Positions 25,541 through 40,394 of a stretch of DNA of 64,000 bases are shown here, one piece after another. Within the stretch, counting starts at the first letter, position 1; each line of letters opens with the position of its first letter. The position numbers were made by a program, and so were the translations under genes. The stretch lies in the NCBI GenBank assembly GCA_964016885.1, contig OZ024751.1, positions 20,832,001 through 20,896,000 on the forward strand, read 5' to 3'. A model generated the notes under the pieces. That model saw nothing but the letters and a program-made list of their open reading frames with translations. It ran no database searches and was not told where the DNA came from. The DNA comes from Eledone cirrhosa (Eukaryota).

Positions 25541-25970
25541 CAGTCATGGGCAAACTGCAGTCTGCGAAGCTTTCTGAATGGCTCTCCTAAGTCACCTAAG
25601 TGAAATCTTTCTGATGTGCAACCTCCACCCCGCGAAACTTTCTGAATGGCTCTCCTAAGTCACCTAAGTGAAATCTTTCTGATGTGCAACCTCCACCCCG
25701 CGAAACTTTCTGAATGGCTCACCTCAGTCACCTAACTGAAATCTTTCTGATTTTTTTTTACCCCAACTTTTCAGTAATAATTTATCTTTCTATCATTTTT
25801 ACGATCGAGGAAAACAACGTCTACGAATTCTGAAGAAACAAATCAAAACAACCTGAGTTACCACCCTTTTTTTTTAATGCGGGCACGAATGTAAATTAGT
25901 GCTTGCGGCCCGCCTGATAACGAGCCATATCTCATGCGACCCGCATCTCGAAAAAGGTTGCCCATGCCTG
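25541..25970. mobile_element. hAT (Charlie/MER30-like) MITE with 8-bp TSD, nested in a SINE
   Basis: TIRs CAGTCATGGGCAA / TTGCCCATGCCTG; TSD CTCTAAAG vs CTTTAAAG; internal ~67-bp tandem repeat. Confidence 0.8.
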
Positions 25971-25974
25971 CTTT

Positions 25975-26400
25975 AAAGAGTGAAAGGCAAAGCTGGCCTC
26001 GGTGGGATTTGAACACAGAGCGCAGAGAACCAGAACAAATACCGCAAGGTATCCCATCCGATACTCGAACCAATTCCGGCAGTCTACTTTATTTTATAGA
26101 ACCAGAAACAATGAAAAGCAAATAACACCTCGGCAGGATCTGAACTCACAGCGCTGAAAGTCGTAGCATAACCTTCTGAAGGTTCTAATTTTCAGCCTTG
26201 CCATTGTATTATAGTCTAAGTGAAGGCGGGGGATTTTCAGAATCGGTAGAGTATTGGATAACATGATCTGGGGCATATAGTTACGGCCCTTTACTTTGTT
26301 TTTCATCCTTACAGGGTCGATAAAATAAAGTACCAGTAACGCACTGTGGACGATATAATTGACTTTCTCTTCATCCAAAATATTTGGACTGTATAGTTTA
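25975..26400. mobile_element. Degenerate SINE cluster (minus copies then a plus copy)
   Basis: GAAAGGCAAAG..CCTCGG..GGATTTGAAC and TTTCATCCTTACAGGGTCGATAAAATAAAGTACCAG motifs. Confidence 0.65.
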
Positions 26401-27075
26401 CCTAACTGAGTCTTCCACAGACACGTGTACTCCTAACATAATCGTCAGGCAGATAACGTTGACCTTGCGTGTATAACAAAGCTGTGTCCTTTGAATTAAA
26501 GATAGAATCCATTGGAAAGAGCTTCAAGTCACTGCTATCAAACTTTACTTCCAAGACATGGGTAGAAACGAGGACATGGCGAAAGATACTCGTCCGAGAT
26601 GTCATGTGCATTTGGATTGAACGCGGCGGGGCCTCGTGGTTCCCGAAATAAACTGCTTAACTACTCAGCTAATCATTTGTCCACACAAGTACAGAGAGAG
26701 AGGGGGGAGCGGGAGAGAGAGAGGGAGAGATTTAGAGAGAGAGAGATTTAGAGAGAGAGAGATTTAGAGAGAGAGAGAGATTTAGAGAGAGAGATTTAGA
26801 GAGAGAGAGAGACAGAATTGAAGGGAGAATTAGAGAGAGAGAGAGAGAGAATTAGAGGGAGAATGAGAGAGAGAATTAGAGGGAGAATTAGAGGGAGAAT
26901 TAGAGGGAGGGGGAGAGAATTAGAGGGAGAGAGAGAGACAAAGAGAGAGAGAGAGTGAATTAGAAGGAGAGAGAGAGAGAGAGAGAGAGAGAAACGCATA
27001 TACAGAATCATACACATACATACACACACACCGAGGCCTTCACACTTACACACACTTACATACACAATTTTCTGT

Positions 27076-27108
<33 letters not shown>

Positions 27109-27717
27109 GCACGCACACACACACTTACATACAGGCACGCACACATACAGACAAACACAGGCGCACAGAAAGACAAACACACACACACAGGCACACACTC
27201 ATTGACGCATACAAACAGATAAACGGAAAAATACACTTATATAGACACTCATTCACACACAAAAACACACTTACAGACACACGGGTACACACACACAAAC
27301 ATATACATATATTATATATATAAACACGCTCACGCGCACACATATACATGCACACACACACTCACTCAGACACATTTTCTCACACCCACACACACATATT
27401 TATATATATATATACATGCACACTCATACACACACATACACACATATATATATAAATGCACACTCAGACACACACATATATATATGCACACTCACACACT
27501 CATATTTATGCACACTCACACACACATATTTATGCACACTCACACACAAACACACACATATACACATATACACACATATATATATATATATATACTGTAT
27601 ATATAGTAATAATAATAAATTAGAAGACTAATATATACTGTATATATATATATATATATACTGTATATATATACTGTATATATATATATATATATATACT
27701 GTATATATATATATATA

Positions 27718-27763
<46 letters not shown>

Positions 27764-27817
27764 TGTATATATATATATATACTGTATATATATATATATA
27801 TACTGTATATATATATA

Positions 27818-27861
<44 letters not shown>

Positions 27862-27883
27862 TGTATATATATATATATATATA

Positions 27884-27914
<31 letters not shown>

Positions 27915-27952
27915 CTGTATATATATATATATACTGTATATATATATATACA

Positions 27953-27991
<39 letters not shown>

Positions 27992-28284
27992 CTGTATATA
28001 TATATATATATACATACAATTATATATATATACATGCACACGCAGTCAAACACACTTTCTCACACACACTCTCTCACACACACACACATATATATATATA
28101 TATGCACACACTCTCACACACACTTTCTCACACACACACACATATATAAGTACTGAGACCAATATAGAATTCAGGAATATATATGCTGAGATTGGTGAAA
28201 ATCTTTCGCTCCACTTCATTCTTCTCATTTCGACATGAAAAGTCAATTAGATTCTGTTAGGAATCAATATATCTTATTCTAGCT

Positions 28285-29097
28285 GTTATTGTTGTTGTTG
28301 TTGTTGTCTTTGAACTGAACGTAGTTGTTATTGTTGTTGTTGTTGTTGTTGTTGTCGTTGAACTGAACGTAGTTGTTATTGTTGTTGTTGTTGTTGTTGT
28401 CTTTGTTGAACTGAACGTAGTTGTTATTGTTGTTGTTGTTGTTGTTGTCTTTGTTGAACTGAACGTAGTTGTTATTGTTGTTGTTGTTGTTGTTGTCGTT
28501 GAACTGAACGTAGTTGTTATTGTTGTTGTTGTTGTTGTTGTTGTCGTTGAACTGAACGTAGTTGTTATTGTTGTTGTTGTTGTTGTTGTCTTTGTTGAAC
28601 TGAACGTAGTTGTTATTGTTGTTGTTGTTGTTGTTGTTGTCGTTGAACTGAACGTAGTTGTTATTGTTGTTGTTGTTGTTGTTGTCTTTGAACTGAACGT
28701 AGTTGTTATTGTTGTTGTTGTTGTTGTTGTTGTCGTTGAACTGAACGTAGTTGTTATTGTTGTTGTTGTTGTTGTTGTTGTCGTTGAACTGAACGTAGTT
28801 GTTATTGTTGTTGTTGTTGTTGTTGTTGTTGTCTTTGTTGAACTGAACGTAGTTGTTATTGTTGTTGTTGTTGTTGTTGTCTTTGTTGAACTGAACGTAG
28901 TTGTTATTGTTGTTGTTGTTGTTGTTGTTGTCTTTGAACTGAACGTAGTTGTTATTGTTGTTGTTGTTGTTGTTGTTGTTGTCTTTGTTGAACTGAACGT
29001 AGTTGTTATTGTTGTTGTTGTTGTTGTTGTCGTTGAACTGAACGTAGTTGTTATTGTTGTTGTTGTTGTTGTTGTCTTTGAACTGAACGTAGTTGTT

Positions 29098-29129
<32 letters not shown>

Positions 29130-29196
29130 CGTTGAACTGAACGTAGTTGTTATTGTTGTTGTTGTTGTTGTTGTCTTTGAACTGAACGTAGTTGTT

Positions 29197-29228
<32 letters not shown>

Positions 29229-29340
29229 CGTTGAACTGAACGTAGTTGTTATTGTTGTTGTTGTTGTTGTTGTCTTTGAACTGAACGTAGTTGTTATTGT
29301 TGTTGTTGTTGTTGTTGTCTTTGAACTGAACGTAGTTGTT

Positions 29341-29372
<32 letters not shown>

Positions 29373-29730
29373 CGTTGAACTGAACGTAGTTGTTATTGTT
29401 GTTGTTGTTGTTGTTGTCTTTGAACTGAACGTAGTTGTTATTGTTGTTGTTGTTGTTGTTGTCTTTGTTGAACTGAACGTAGTTGTTATTGTTGTTGTTG
29501 TTGTTGTTGTCTTTGTTGAACTGAACGTAGTTGTTATTGTTGTTGTTGTTGTTGTTGTCTTTGTTGAACTGAACGTAGTTGTTATTGTTGTTGTTGCTGC
29601 TGATGCTGCTGTTTTTGATGTTGTTGTTGTTGTTGTTGTTGTTGTCGTTGAACTGAAAGTAGTAGTTGTTGTTGTTGTTGTTGTTGTTGTCTTTGAACTG
29701 AAGGTAGTCGTTATTGTTGTTGCTGCTGTT
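28285..29730. repeat. Compound minisatellite: constant TTGAACTGAACGTAGTTGTTATT core plus variable (GTT)n, ~27 exact and 2 degenerate units
   Basis: Unit lengths of ~45-54 bp in multiples of 3. Confidence 0.95.
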
Positions 29731-30483
29731 TTTGACGTTGTTGTTGTTGTAGTTATAACGATTGTACTTGAACAGGTTGTTGTTGTTGTTGTACTGGTTA
29801 AGGTTGGCAATGTTGTTGTAATAGCTGTTGAACTGGTTGAGGTTGTTGGTGGTGTTGTTGTTGTTGTTGGTGGTGGTGGTGTTGTTGTTATTGTTGTACT
29901 GACTGATATTGTTGTAATGGCTGTTGTTGTTGGTGTTATTGTTGTAATGGCTGTTGTTGTTGGTGTTATTGTTGTAATGGCTGTTGTTGTTGTTGTTATT
30001 GTTGTAATGGCTGTTGTTGTTGTTGTTGTTATTGTACTGTCTTGAAGATGTTCTCGTTGCTGTTGTTCTAAGAGTGCCTGTTGTTGTTGTTGTTGATGTT
30101 GTCGTTCTTGTTGCTTCATTTTTAAACATTCTCGCTCATCTAACTATCCTCCCCCCTCTCTCTCTCTATATATATATCCCTCTACATATCTAACGATCTA
30201 TTATCTTTCTATCTCTCTACATATCTATCTATCTAACGATCTATCTTTCTATCTACATATCTATCTATCTAAAGATCTATCTATCTACCTACATCTCTAC
30301 CACTTCCTCTCTATCTTCCTCTTCTTCAATATAAAAACCGATACCAATAATAATAATAATAACAACAACAATAGCAACAACAAACATAATCCAAACAACA
30401 TCTAGTAATTCTTCCTAATATGTTTCCTATGGTTTTAATATTTGATATTCAATATATATATATATATATATACATATATACAC

Positions 30484-30544
<61 letters not shown>

Positions 30545-31210
30545 TACATATATATACATACATAATTATTCATATATTTACATATATATACATACATATA
30601 CATACATATACATATACATATATATACATACATATACATATATATACATACATATACATACATATATATATATATATATATAATATATACCAACGTATAT
30701 GCTTGTATGTATGTGTTATATCTCCCCTTTTCATTTTTGTTTATATTTTTTTGTATCTGTTATATATAGAAGTAATATTTGGAAGTGACATTAAATAAAG
30801 ATGAAAGAATTTCTTGTAATATATATATATATACATACGTAAATATATATATATATACACACACATAAATATATATATATATATATACACACATAAATAT
30901 ATATATATATATATACATAAATATATATATACACACACACATAAATATATATATACACATACACACACATATATACATATGTATATATATGTAATATAGA
31001 AATGACTTCAACAGGACTAGATCTGTTTTAAACGAAAGAAACCACCAGGAAAGCCTCATGATTGAGTCGAATGAAACAGTTCTAGTCCTGTAGAGCCATT
31101 TCTATATCAAACATTTATACTCTGCTATGTATTGAGTAACTTACTTACTGTGGTTACCCCCCCGATTGAACCCGGGATACACCCCCCCCCCCTATATATA
31201 TATATATACA

Positions 31211-31289
<79 letters not shown>

Positions 31290-31477
31290 CATATATATAT
31301 ATACATGTACATATATATATATATACATGTACATATATATATATATACATGTACTTATATATATAAACATGTACTTATATATATGTACATATATATATAT
31401 ATGTACATATATATATATATATATGTACATGTATATATATATGTGTACATGTACACACACACATATATATATATATA

Positions 31478-31517
<40 letters not shown>

Positions 31518-31587
31518 TATATATATGTACATATATATATATAAGTACATGTTTATATATATAAGTACATGTATATAGATATATAAG

Positions 31588-31657
<70 letters not shown>

Positions 31658-31898
31658 TATATATAGAAGAGATTCTACAGGACTAGAACTGTTTCATTCA
31701 TTAGAAATCATCAGATTCCTGATGATTTCTAATGAATGAAACAGTTCTAGTCCTGTAGAATCTCTTCTATATTAAAACTGTTATACTCTGCCATGTATTG
31801 AGTACCTTACTTACTGTGGTTACCTCCGATTCAACCCGGAATAACGTATATGTACATATATATATATGTACATGTACATATATATATACATATACATA

Positions 31899-31930
<32 letters not shown>

Positions 31931-32224
31931 CGTATATATAAAAACTCATACACACACAGGCAGATTCAGTTCTTTAAAACTTTTTTTCCCAGTATGTATG
32001 TCACTAAGGAAGAGGGGGAGGCGAGACAGGAGGAGGAAAAAGAAGACTTTACAAGATTCAAGATTGAAATCAGTGCTGGAATTAAAAGTTGAAATATGAG
32101 TCATTTGGTTGCTATCATATTTCTCGGTGCAGATTAATAGGGACAGTAGCAAATAAATTCTTTTATTTTCATTTCTCTTCCTGCTTGTCTTATCAGAATA
32201 TCTTATACACTATTTGAGAAACTG

Positions 32225-32263
<39 letters not shown>

Positions 32264-32958
32264 AAGAATAAAAAAATATATTAAAAACAATTTTAAAAAT
32301 TAAAATAAAATAAATAAAATAAAGATTTTTAAAAAGTAGAAAACAAAAAAATAAGATAGAATAAAAATATAAAAATATATATATAAATAAAAAAAATGAA
32401 AAATAGAATAAAATTTAGAAGAACAAAAAAAAAATAAAAATAATAAAATAAGGATGAAATATAGAAGAAGAACAATAATAAAATATAAAAACATAAAATT
32501 AAAACTAAAACTAAAAATATGAAAATAAAATAAAAAATAAAAGTGTATAAATAAGATGAAATAAAAATTAAAACATAGAAACCAAAAAAGGTGAATAAAA
32601 TAAAATTTTTATGTATATTTAAAAAAAAAATGATACATCATGAACTTATGACAGGGTAATGGCTAAATACTCTTTTCATGTATGGTAGTGTGTGATATAA
32701 AAAGAATAAGAAAAATGGTTTTAACAAAGAAAAAAAAACAACATTGTATTATATTGATAAAAACCCCAAATTCACGGTAGTGACAACATTAATACGGTAA
32801 TATTACAATTCAGACAAGACCAACAAAAGGAAAGAAATAAAAAGACATTATATTGTTGTATTTTTTTATATATATATATTTTGTATTTCATTTTGTTTTC
32901 TTATTCTTATTTCTTTGATCGTTTGTTCATTCTTTCCGTTTTTTTATGTGTGAGTATC

Positions 32959-33094
<136 letters not shown>

Positions 33095-33230
33095 TTTTTG
33101 TTGGTGTTTTTGTTGTTCCTGGTGATGTCTTTCCGCTATAAATCATTCAAGATAACTGGTGAAGAGAGAGAGAGAGAGAGAGAGAGAGAAGTACAACAGT
33201 TATATTGAGTGATACATACACACGAACGCT

Positions 33231-33301
<71 letters not shown>

Positions 33302-34288
33302 ACTACATATATAAACACAAATATTTAAAAATATATTTATATATATATGTGTATGTGTGTGTCTGTGCGCGCGCGTGTGTCTGCGTGTTTGTGTGTGTGC
33401 GTGTGTGTTTGCGTGTGTTTGTGTATGTGTGTGTAATTCTAATTAGTACATTGAGGTGGCTGAGAAGATAAGACAGTGTTTGTTAGTTTCACCACCTTTC
33501 ATTTGAACAGTTTTCTAGTTCTAGTCAAGCCTGCTGTAATAGTTACTGGTACCGTCACCAATACTAGTGACAGTAGCAACTGTGTTTAAACCTCCTCGCC
33601 AAAGATAAAAGATGGAAAAGAAAGAGAAAGGTAAAAGAATTGGGGATGGGGAGAAATTTAATAAATAAATATATATATATTCATTCTCACCCTTTCTCGT
33701 TCTTTCTTTCTTTCTTCCTTTCTTTCATTCATTCATTCATTCTCTTTCTCCCCCCCCCCTTCTTTCTCTCTCCCTCCCCCTCTCTCTTTCCCTCTCCCCT
33801 CTCTCTTTCCCTCTCTGCCTCTTCCATTTCTCTTTCCATTTGTTTGTTATTTCTTTCTCATTTGTTTTCCTCTTTCTTACCTCACCAACACATTCCCTCG
33901 CACCTCTGTATATACTTTTCGATGAAGGACTGGCGTTCGAAACGTTAAGACTATTTTCTAAATTTTCATATGTAGTAATATACTATTCTTTCTACGGTCC
34001 CGACACTTTACGTTCTCTGTTTTAATCCTATATTCACCTTATTAGGTGAGTTAGGTGGGATTAGTGCCAACAACACATAATTATGGAACGAATTCTTTAA
34101 CCATATAACTATGCTGTATCACTCTTTCTCTCTCACCTCCCCATCACTTTCTCGCTCTCTCTCTATATATATGTATATATGTATATATATACATATGTAT
34201 GTAATTATATTCACACACACACATATATATATATGTATATATTTATGTATGTACGTATGTATGTATGATATATATATGTACGTATGTA

Positions 34289-34347
<59 letters not shown>

Positions 34348-34545
34348 TATATATATATAACTTGAGGTATAATTATTAGTCTGAATAAGTAGTACTTGAA
34401 CTTTACGCCAAGTATGTTTAAGTGTGAATTGTTGTTACAATGCGATTTTTTAAAATTTCTAATTAATTCAAGCAAATAAGTTTTATCGATAATGAAAATG
34501 TAATTAAAACACTACACACTTACACGCACAGACGTGCATACAGAC

Positions 34546-34576
<31 letters not shown>

Positions 34577-35024
34577 TGTATGTATGTATGTATGTATGTA
34601 TGTATCCAATGATGTTCACTTGTTCTTTTTGGTAAATATCATCTTGGTTAAGAGAGTGGGACAGGCTTTGTGCAGTGCCTTTGCTCACTATAAAAAGCTT
34701 CACGGCACAGGCATTGCTTTATATCTGGAGATCTCTCTGCACTTGTCATCACATGGTACCATGGGCCCAGCACAATGTGTCAATAATTGTCACAAGTGTA
34801 GTGTTTGTACCAGAGTTTTCAAGTCGCTGGCTGGACTAAAAAGTCACACTCGTTCAGCGCATCGGTAGGGGTTCTCCTACATGGATATAAAGTAGTGGCC
34901 GTACTCGAAAACGAGTTGGCAGCCACCATGTATGTATGTACGTACGTATGCATGTATGTATGAATGTATGTATGTATACATGTATGTATAATCATATATA
35001 AATATATATATACATACATATATA

Positions 35025-35066
<42 letters not shown>

Positions 35067-35164
35067 AGAGAAAGAGAGAGAGAGGGGGAGAGAGAGAGAG
35101 AGAGAGTGAGTGTGTGTGTGTGTGTGTGTATGTGTGTGTATTTTTACAGAGTGAGGATGAATGA

Positions 35165-35640
35165 GTTAATCGTTGGATGAATTTGCTCGAAATGGTAGCT
35201 AAATGTCTCTCCAAAATCATACCCTGAAGAAGAGAGACAACGTCACTAGAGAAAAGGAAAAGGGTGTGTCGTGTCTGGAATCTCTTTGCTCTTACGTTAA
35301 GCTAGCCAGAGCTTAGCTACTCCTCATCGAAATCGACGGCGAACCATAGATGGTATATTCCAATATTGTTCTTGTTTTTTATCGAATTAGTTTGAAGATA
35401 AGTGATGGTCGCGTCTGGAACCTCTTTGCTCTTAGATTAAACCAGCCAGAGTCACTCATTGTCGAAACTGACGGCTAACCAAAGCAGGTATATTCCAGTT
35501 TTGTTGTTGTTTTTATCAAACCAGTTTGAAGATAAAGTGTGGTCATGTTTCGAACGCCGTAGTTCTTAGGTTAAGCTCGTCAGAGCTTAGCTACTCATTG
35601 TCGAAACTGACGGCAAACCATTGCAGGTGTATTCCAGTTT
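35165..35640 (+). repeat. Degenerate dispersed repeat with ~3 tandem ~140-bp units
   Basis: GTCTGGAA.CTCTTTGCTCTTA..TTAA..CAGAG..TCGAAA..GACGGC..ACCA..GGT.TATTCCA recurs three times. Confidence 0.6.
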
Positions 35641-36354
35641 TAAATAAATTAGTTTATTTGTTTGTGTTTGTAGTTTTTGTTGATTTCTTCTACACAATAG
35701 CGCGAGAATTTGATGAAATTAAATAATAAAAAGAAAAAAATTTAATTTCATATTTTGTTAATTCCTTCTCTCCAACCCCACCTGTCACAATTCGAAGGGC
35801 CCCGGGTTTAAAATTATTTATGAAAAAGATTAAAAATTAACAGCAAAAGCAAATTAAGTACTTATGTCCCCCGAGTAAAATTGGTAATATTGAATTACAA
35901 ATGGTCTATATATTTCAATTTCTTGTTAATAATAATAATAAAAATAATAATAAATCCACAGACAGATAGATGCACAACCAAAACCCCTACGACTAACATA
36001 TAAAATAAAGCACAATTTGGAACTGCATACATATTACGTACTTTAATATAATAGAACTAATAAACCCGAAAAGTAAAAATAAAATAAAATAGCTACATGT
36101 GCCCAAGGCGCACAGAGCTGTGCTCAGTAATGCAATGTGACAGCATGCAATGAAAAGAAGGCCAATAGCAATAATACTAATAATATTAATAATAATATAT
36201 TTTACAAGGGCCCATTGATTTGTCTAATGAGCGATTTAAAAAACGTGTGGGAAAAGAACCAAACTTATATAAAAATATATTATAACATTCTAGAAGTTTG
36301 TAAATTACACATAATTACACGAATGGACCTAGATGGTCCTCAGTTGGTTTCGAC

Positions 36355-36590
36355 GATGAGTGTTCCAGTTACTCGCTGAACGGAATAGTCTGCTCGGGAA
36401 ATTAACGCTTAAGTTGCTGAGTATTCCACACTGACACGTGTACTTCTCAGACAGGAGTAGCTAGATGAGTGTTCCAGTTGTTCAATCAACGGAACAGTCT
36501 GCGTGGGAAATTAACGTGTAAGTGGCTGACTATTCCACACTGACACGTGTATGATTGAGACTAACACAGTATATGATAAAGCTGTATCCG
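36355..36590 (+). repeat. Two tandem copies of a dispersed SINE-type segment (also at ~26405-26490)
   Basis: GATGAGTGTTCCAGTT..AACGGAA.AGTCTGC..GGGAAATTAACG..TAAGT.GCTGA.TATTCCACACTGACACGTGTA twice. Confidence 0.7.
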
Positions 36591-36957
36591 ACGTTCTACC
36601 GTTATTGCCAATTCCTCAACAACCTTTGAAACTATCGGGTCGTCAAGTATGAAATTTGTAGGAATTTGTAGAAACCCCCAAATTTCTACAAATTTCATAC
36701 TTGATGACCCACTAGAATAAAAAAAATAATAATAATCATGATCTTTGACATGGGCAATTGAGGGAAAGGTATTGTCTATTTATATCGAGCACAATATATA
36801 ACTGGTATTTTATTTCATCGAACTCGGAGATCATTTAAGAGAAAGTCAAAACTGGTCATGACGGGATTTGAACTCAGAACGTTAAATAATAGGGAAGTAA
36901 ATATTGTAAGGCTTTGACTGATGTCTTGATGTTTCAGCCTTTGTTGATAACAAGCAG

Positions 36958-37720
36958 GATGATGGTGATGATGGTGGTGATGATGATGGTGGAGGTGGTG
37001 GTGGTGATGGTGATGACGATAGTGATGATGGTGGTGGTGATGATGATGGTGATGATAGTGATGATGATGGTGATGATGATGGTGGTGATGATGGTGGAGG
37101 TGGTGGTGGTGATGACGATAGTGATGGTGGTGGTGATGATGGTGATGATGGTGGTGGTGATGATGGTGGAGGTGGTGGTGGTGATGACGATAGTGATGGT
37201 GATGGTGATGATGATGGTGATGGTAATGATGATGGTGATGATGGTGACGATGGTGATGGTGGAGGTGGTGGTGGTGATGGTGGTGATGACGATAGTGATG
37301 GTGGTGGTGATGATGGTGATGATGGTGATGGTGATGATGGTGATGATGATGGTGATGGTGATGGTGATGGTGGAGGAGGTGGTGGTGATGGTGGTGATGG
37401 TGGCGATGGTGATGGTGATAGTGATGACGATGGTGATGGTGGTGGTGGTGACGATGGTGATGATGGTCGTGACGATGATGATGATGGTGATGATGGTGAT
37501 GATGATGGTGATGATGGTGATGGTGGTGATGATGATGGTGGTGGTGGTGATGATGATGGTGGCGACGATGATGATGGTGATGATGATGGTGGCGACGATG
37601 ATGATGGTGATGATGATGGCGATGATGGTAATGACGATGGTGGTGACGATGTTGATGATGGTGACGACGGTGATGGTGATGATGACGATAAATTATGATG
37701 ATGATGGTGATGGTGATGGG
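36958..37720. repeat. (GAT/GGT)n tract
   Basis: Direct inspection. Confidence 0.95.
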
Positions 37721-37797
37721 AGAAGCGGATAATAATAATAATAAAGATAATAATGGCTACTGGGATTAAATTATGAATATACTGTTCTATGTATGTA

Positions 37798-37834
<37 letters not shown>

Positions 37835-37894
37835 CTATATACATACATATATACATACATACATATGTGTGTGTGTGTGTGTGTGTCCATATAT

Positions 37895-37966
<72 letters not shown>

Positions 37967-38261
37967 ATACATATATATACATACATACATATATATATAA
38001 TCCAACATAATATAATATATTCATGTCCTTTGGAATGGGAATAGAATTCACAGTTATTTTCTTTCTTAGCAATTTACAGAAACATGGCGCCAGATGACAA
38101 ATAGAAAAAAAGATGGCGTTTTACCGAAACAATAACCAAAAAAGAAACAAAAATAAAATACACAAAAAACAATGCAGAAAACCAAACCAAACCAGGAATG
38201 AGGTTAATTGTTTGAGAAACTATATATTAATTCCCTGCTTATAATAACTTATCATGATAAT

Positions 38262-38752
38262 AATTGTTTCTATTTTTAGGCACAAGGCCAGCAATTATCC
38301 AGTACATTACTGGTACTTTATTTTATCGACCCCGTAAGGATGAAAGGCAAAAAGTTAACCTCGGCGGGATTTGAACTCAGATCATAAAGGGACGTAACTC
38401 TATGCTTCAAAGCATGGTGTCCGACTCTCTACTGATACTGCCAATCCACCGACTTATCATGATAATAATAATAACTTATCATGATAATAATAATAATGAT
38501 AAGGATAATGATAATAATAATGATAATAATGGTAATAATAATTGTTTCTACTTTAGGCACAAGGCCAGCAATTACCCAATGCATTACTGGTACTTTATTC
38601 TATCGACCCCGGAAGGATGAAAGGCAAAGTTAACCTCGGCAGGATTTGAACTCAGATCATACAGGGAGGTAACTCTATGCTTCAATAATAATAATTGTTT
38701 ATACTTCAGGCACAAGGCCAGCAAATTACTCAGTACATTACTGGTACTTTAT
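38262..38752 (-). mobile_element. Three tandem SINE copies (major family), progressively truncated
   Basis: AGGCACAAGGCCAGCAA..CATTACTGGTACTTTATT at ~38278, ~38555 and ~38708. Confidence 0.8.
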
Positions 38753-38804
38753 TTTATAATAATTTTATAATAATATTTTATAATAATCTTATAATAATAT
38801 TTAC

Positions 38805-39425
38805 AAGGAGGAGGCTAGCCCACTGTGCAGGATCTGTGGAGAGAGAGAGGAGACTGTGGCTCACATTGTATCCGAGTGTAAACACCTAGCCCAGATTCAC
38901 TATAAAGGCTGGAGACATGATGTGATGGGCAGGGTGATCCACTGGCACCTATGCAAAGTAAACAATTTACCACATTCTGAGAAGTGGTATGAGCATAAGC
39001 CAGAGTCGGTGATAGAAAACGATCAGGTGAAGGTGCTGTGGGATTTTAGGATACAGACGGACAAGAAACTGGAACACAATAGACCTGACCTGGTGGTTTT
39101 GGACAAGGAAAAAGGATCGTGCCTGATTGTGGATGTGGCCTGCCCATTCGACACGAGAGTGCAAGAGAAGGAGAGCGAGAAAATTAACCGATACCAGGAC
39201 TTAAAGTGGGAGGTAAAAAGGATTTGGAACTGCCATGAAGTCAAAGTCGTCCCGATTGTCATAGGCGCACTAGGTACTATCTCAAGGAGTTTCCAGGGAT
39301 GGTTAAAGAAGATTAGTCCAGCCCCGCTTTTTGGAACACTTCAAAAGGCATGCTTGCTGGGAACAGCAAGAACTCTCCGATACGTCCTGAATATCTGAGG
39401 CTGCAGGTAGTGGCTTGATATTCAT
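38805..39425 (+). mobile_element. 5'-truncated R4/Dong-like non-LTR retrotransposon: CCHC knuckle and restriction-like endonuclease
   Basis: PLCRICGEREETVAHIVSEC, YKGWRHD, RPDLVV, VDVACPFD, EKINRYQDL, PIVIGALG; frame open to the stop at 39398. Confidence 0.9.
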
Positions 39426-40221
39426 TTCAGTCATAAAGCATCGGTCAACCCAATAGAAGACTCTTGCACAAGGTACTGCACAAGAGTATGCAAATTCCTT
39501 TAACCACACATCCACAGCTATGTATACACAATCTCCACCCATTAAAATTCATTGGCTTGGAACCAACTCTTTCTCAGATAAACATTAATAAATAAAATTC
39601 TCCTTACCTTAACCTAATCAAACCAAAATTTACCATCGCTAATCTGGCAGTGTTAGTTTTTAACTGGCAACAATCTCATTTGACATTTGTGTAGGTCAAG
39701 AATGGTACCAATATTTACTGGGAGTTTACTAGTTACTTGTTTACAATCTACATAATATCATCTATCAGAATCGGAACAATTTCTCTGCTATTTACTTCCT
39801 TCCTTCCTTGATTCTTTCTTTCATTCATTCTTTCCTTCTTTGTTTTTCTTTATATCTACATTCCTCCTATTTTCTTTCTTTCTTTCTTTCTTTCTTACAC
39901 TCTTTCTTTCTTTCTTTCTTTCGTTCCATCTTTCTTTCTTTCTCTCCTTTCCTTCTTTCTCTCACTCACTCACTCACTCACTCACTCACTCAATCACTCA
40001 CTCACTCACTCACTCACTCACTCACTCACTCACTCACTCACTCACTCACTCACTCACTCACTCTCTCTCTCTCTCTCTCTCACTCACACTCTCTCTGCAT
40101 TCCTTCCTATCTTTATTCTTTCGTTCGTTTCTTCTTTTCATCATTTCCTTCTTTAACAGAAATTATTCTAATGTTCTGTTATTTTATATTTTACACGTGA
40201 TTACATCAGTCAAGGTGCCGC

Positions 40222-40385
40222 CATGGATGTGTGGTTAATGAGTTCCGCTTCCAGGTTTCAGATTCAATCCCACTGTGCCGCCACTGTGGATAAGTGTCTT
40301 GCGCAAATGTTGCGCCCTTGAGCTTTATAATATCCTCTGGTTCTGAGTGAAATTTGGTAGACAGAAACAGTGAACAACCCTGTGG
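40222..40385 (+). mobile_element. Degenerate tRNA/CORE-type SINE
   Basis: GTGTGGTTAA..GATTCAATCCCACTG..AAGTGTCTT..TTTGGTAGACAGAAAC. Confidence 0.5.
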
Positions 40386-40394
40386 TATATATCA

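Noticed and set aside
26725-26930. Telomere-like repeats (TTAGAG, TTAGAGGG)
   Set aside because: Interruptions within a (GA)n tract rather than a (TTAGGG)n array
28285-29730. CRISPR-like appearance (constant repeat plus variable spacer)
   Set aside because: Spacers are only (GTT)n of varying length rather than unique sequences; no cas genes; eukaryotic context
34800-34868. Host C2H2 zinc-finger gene exon
   Set aside because: A single finger within a three-copy repeat ending in a (TATG)n tail; matches the RTE ORF terminus
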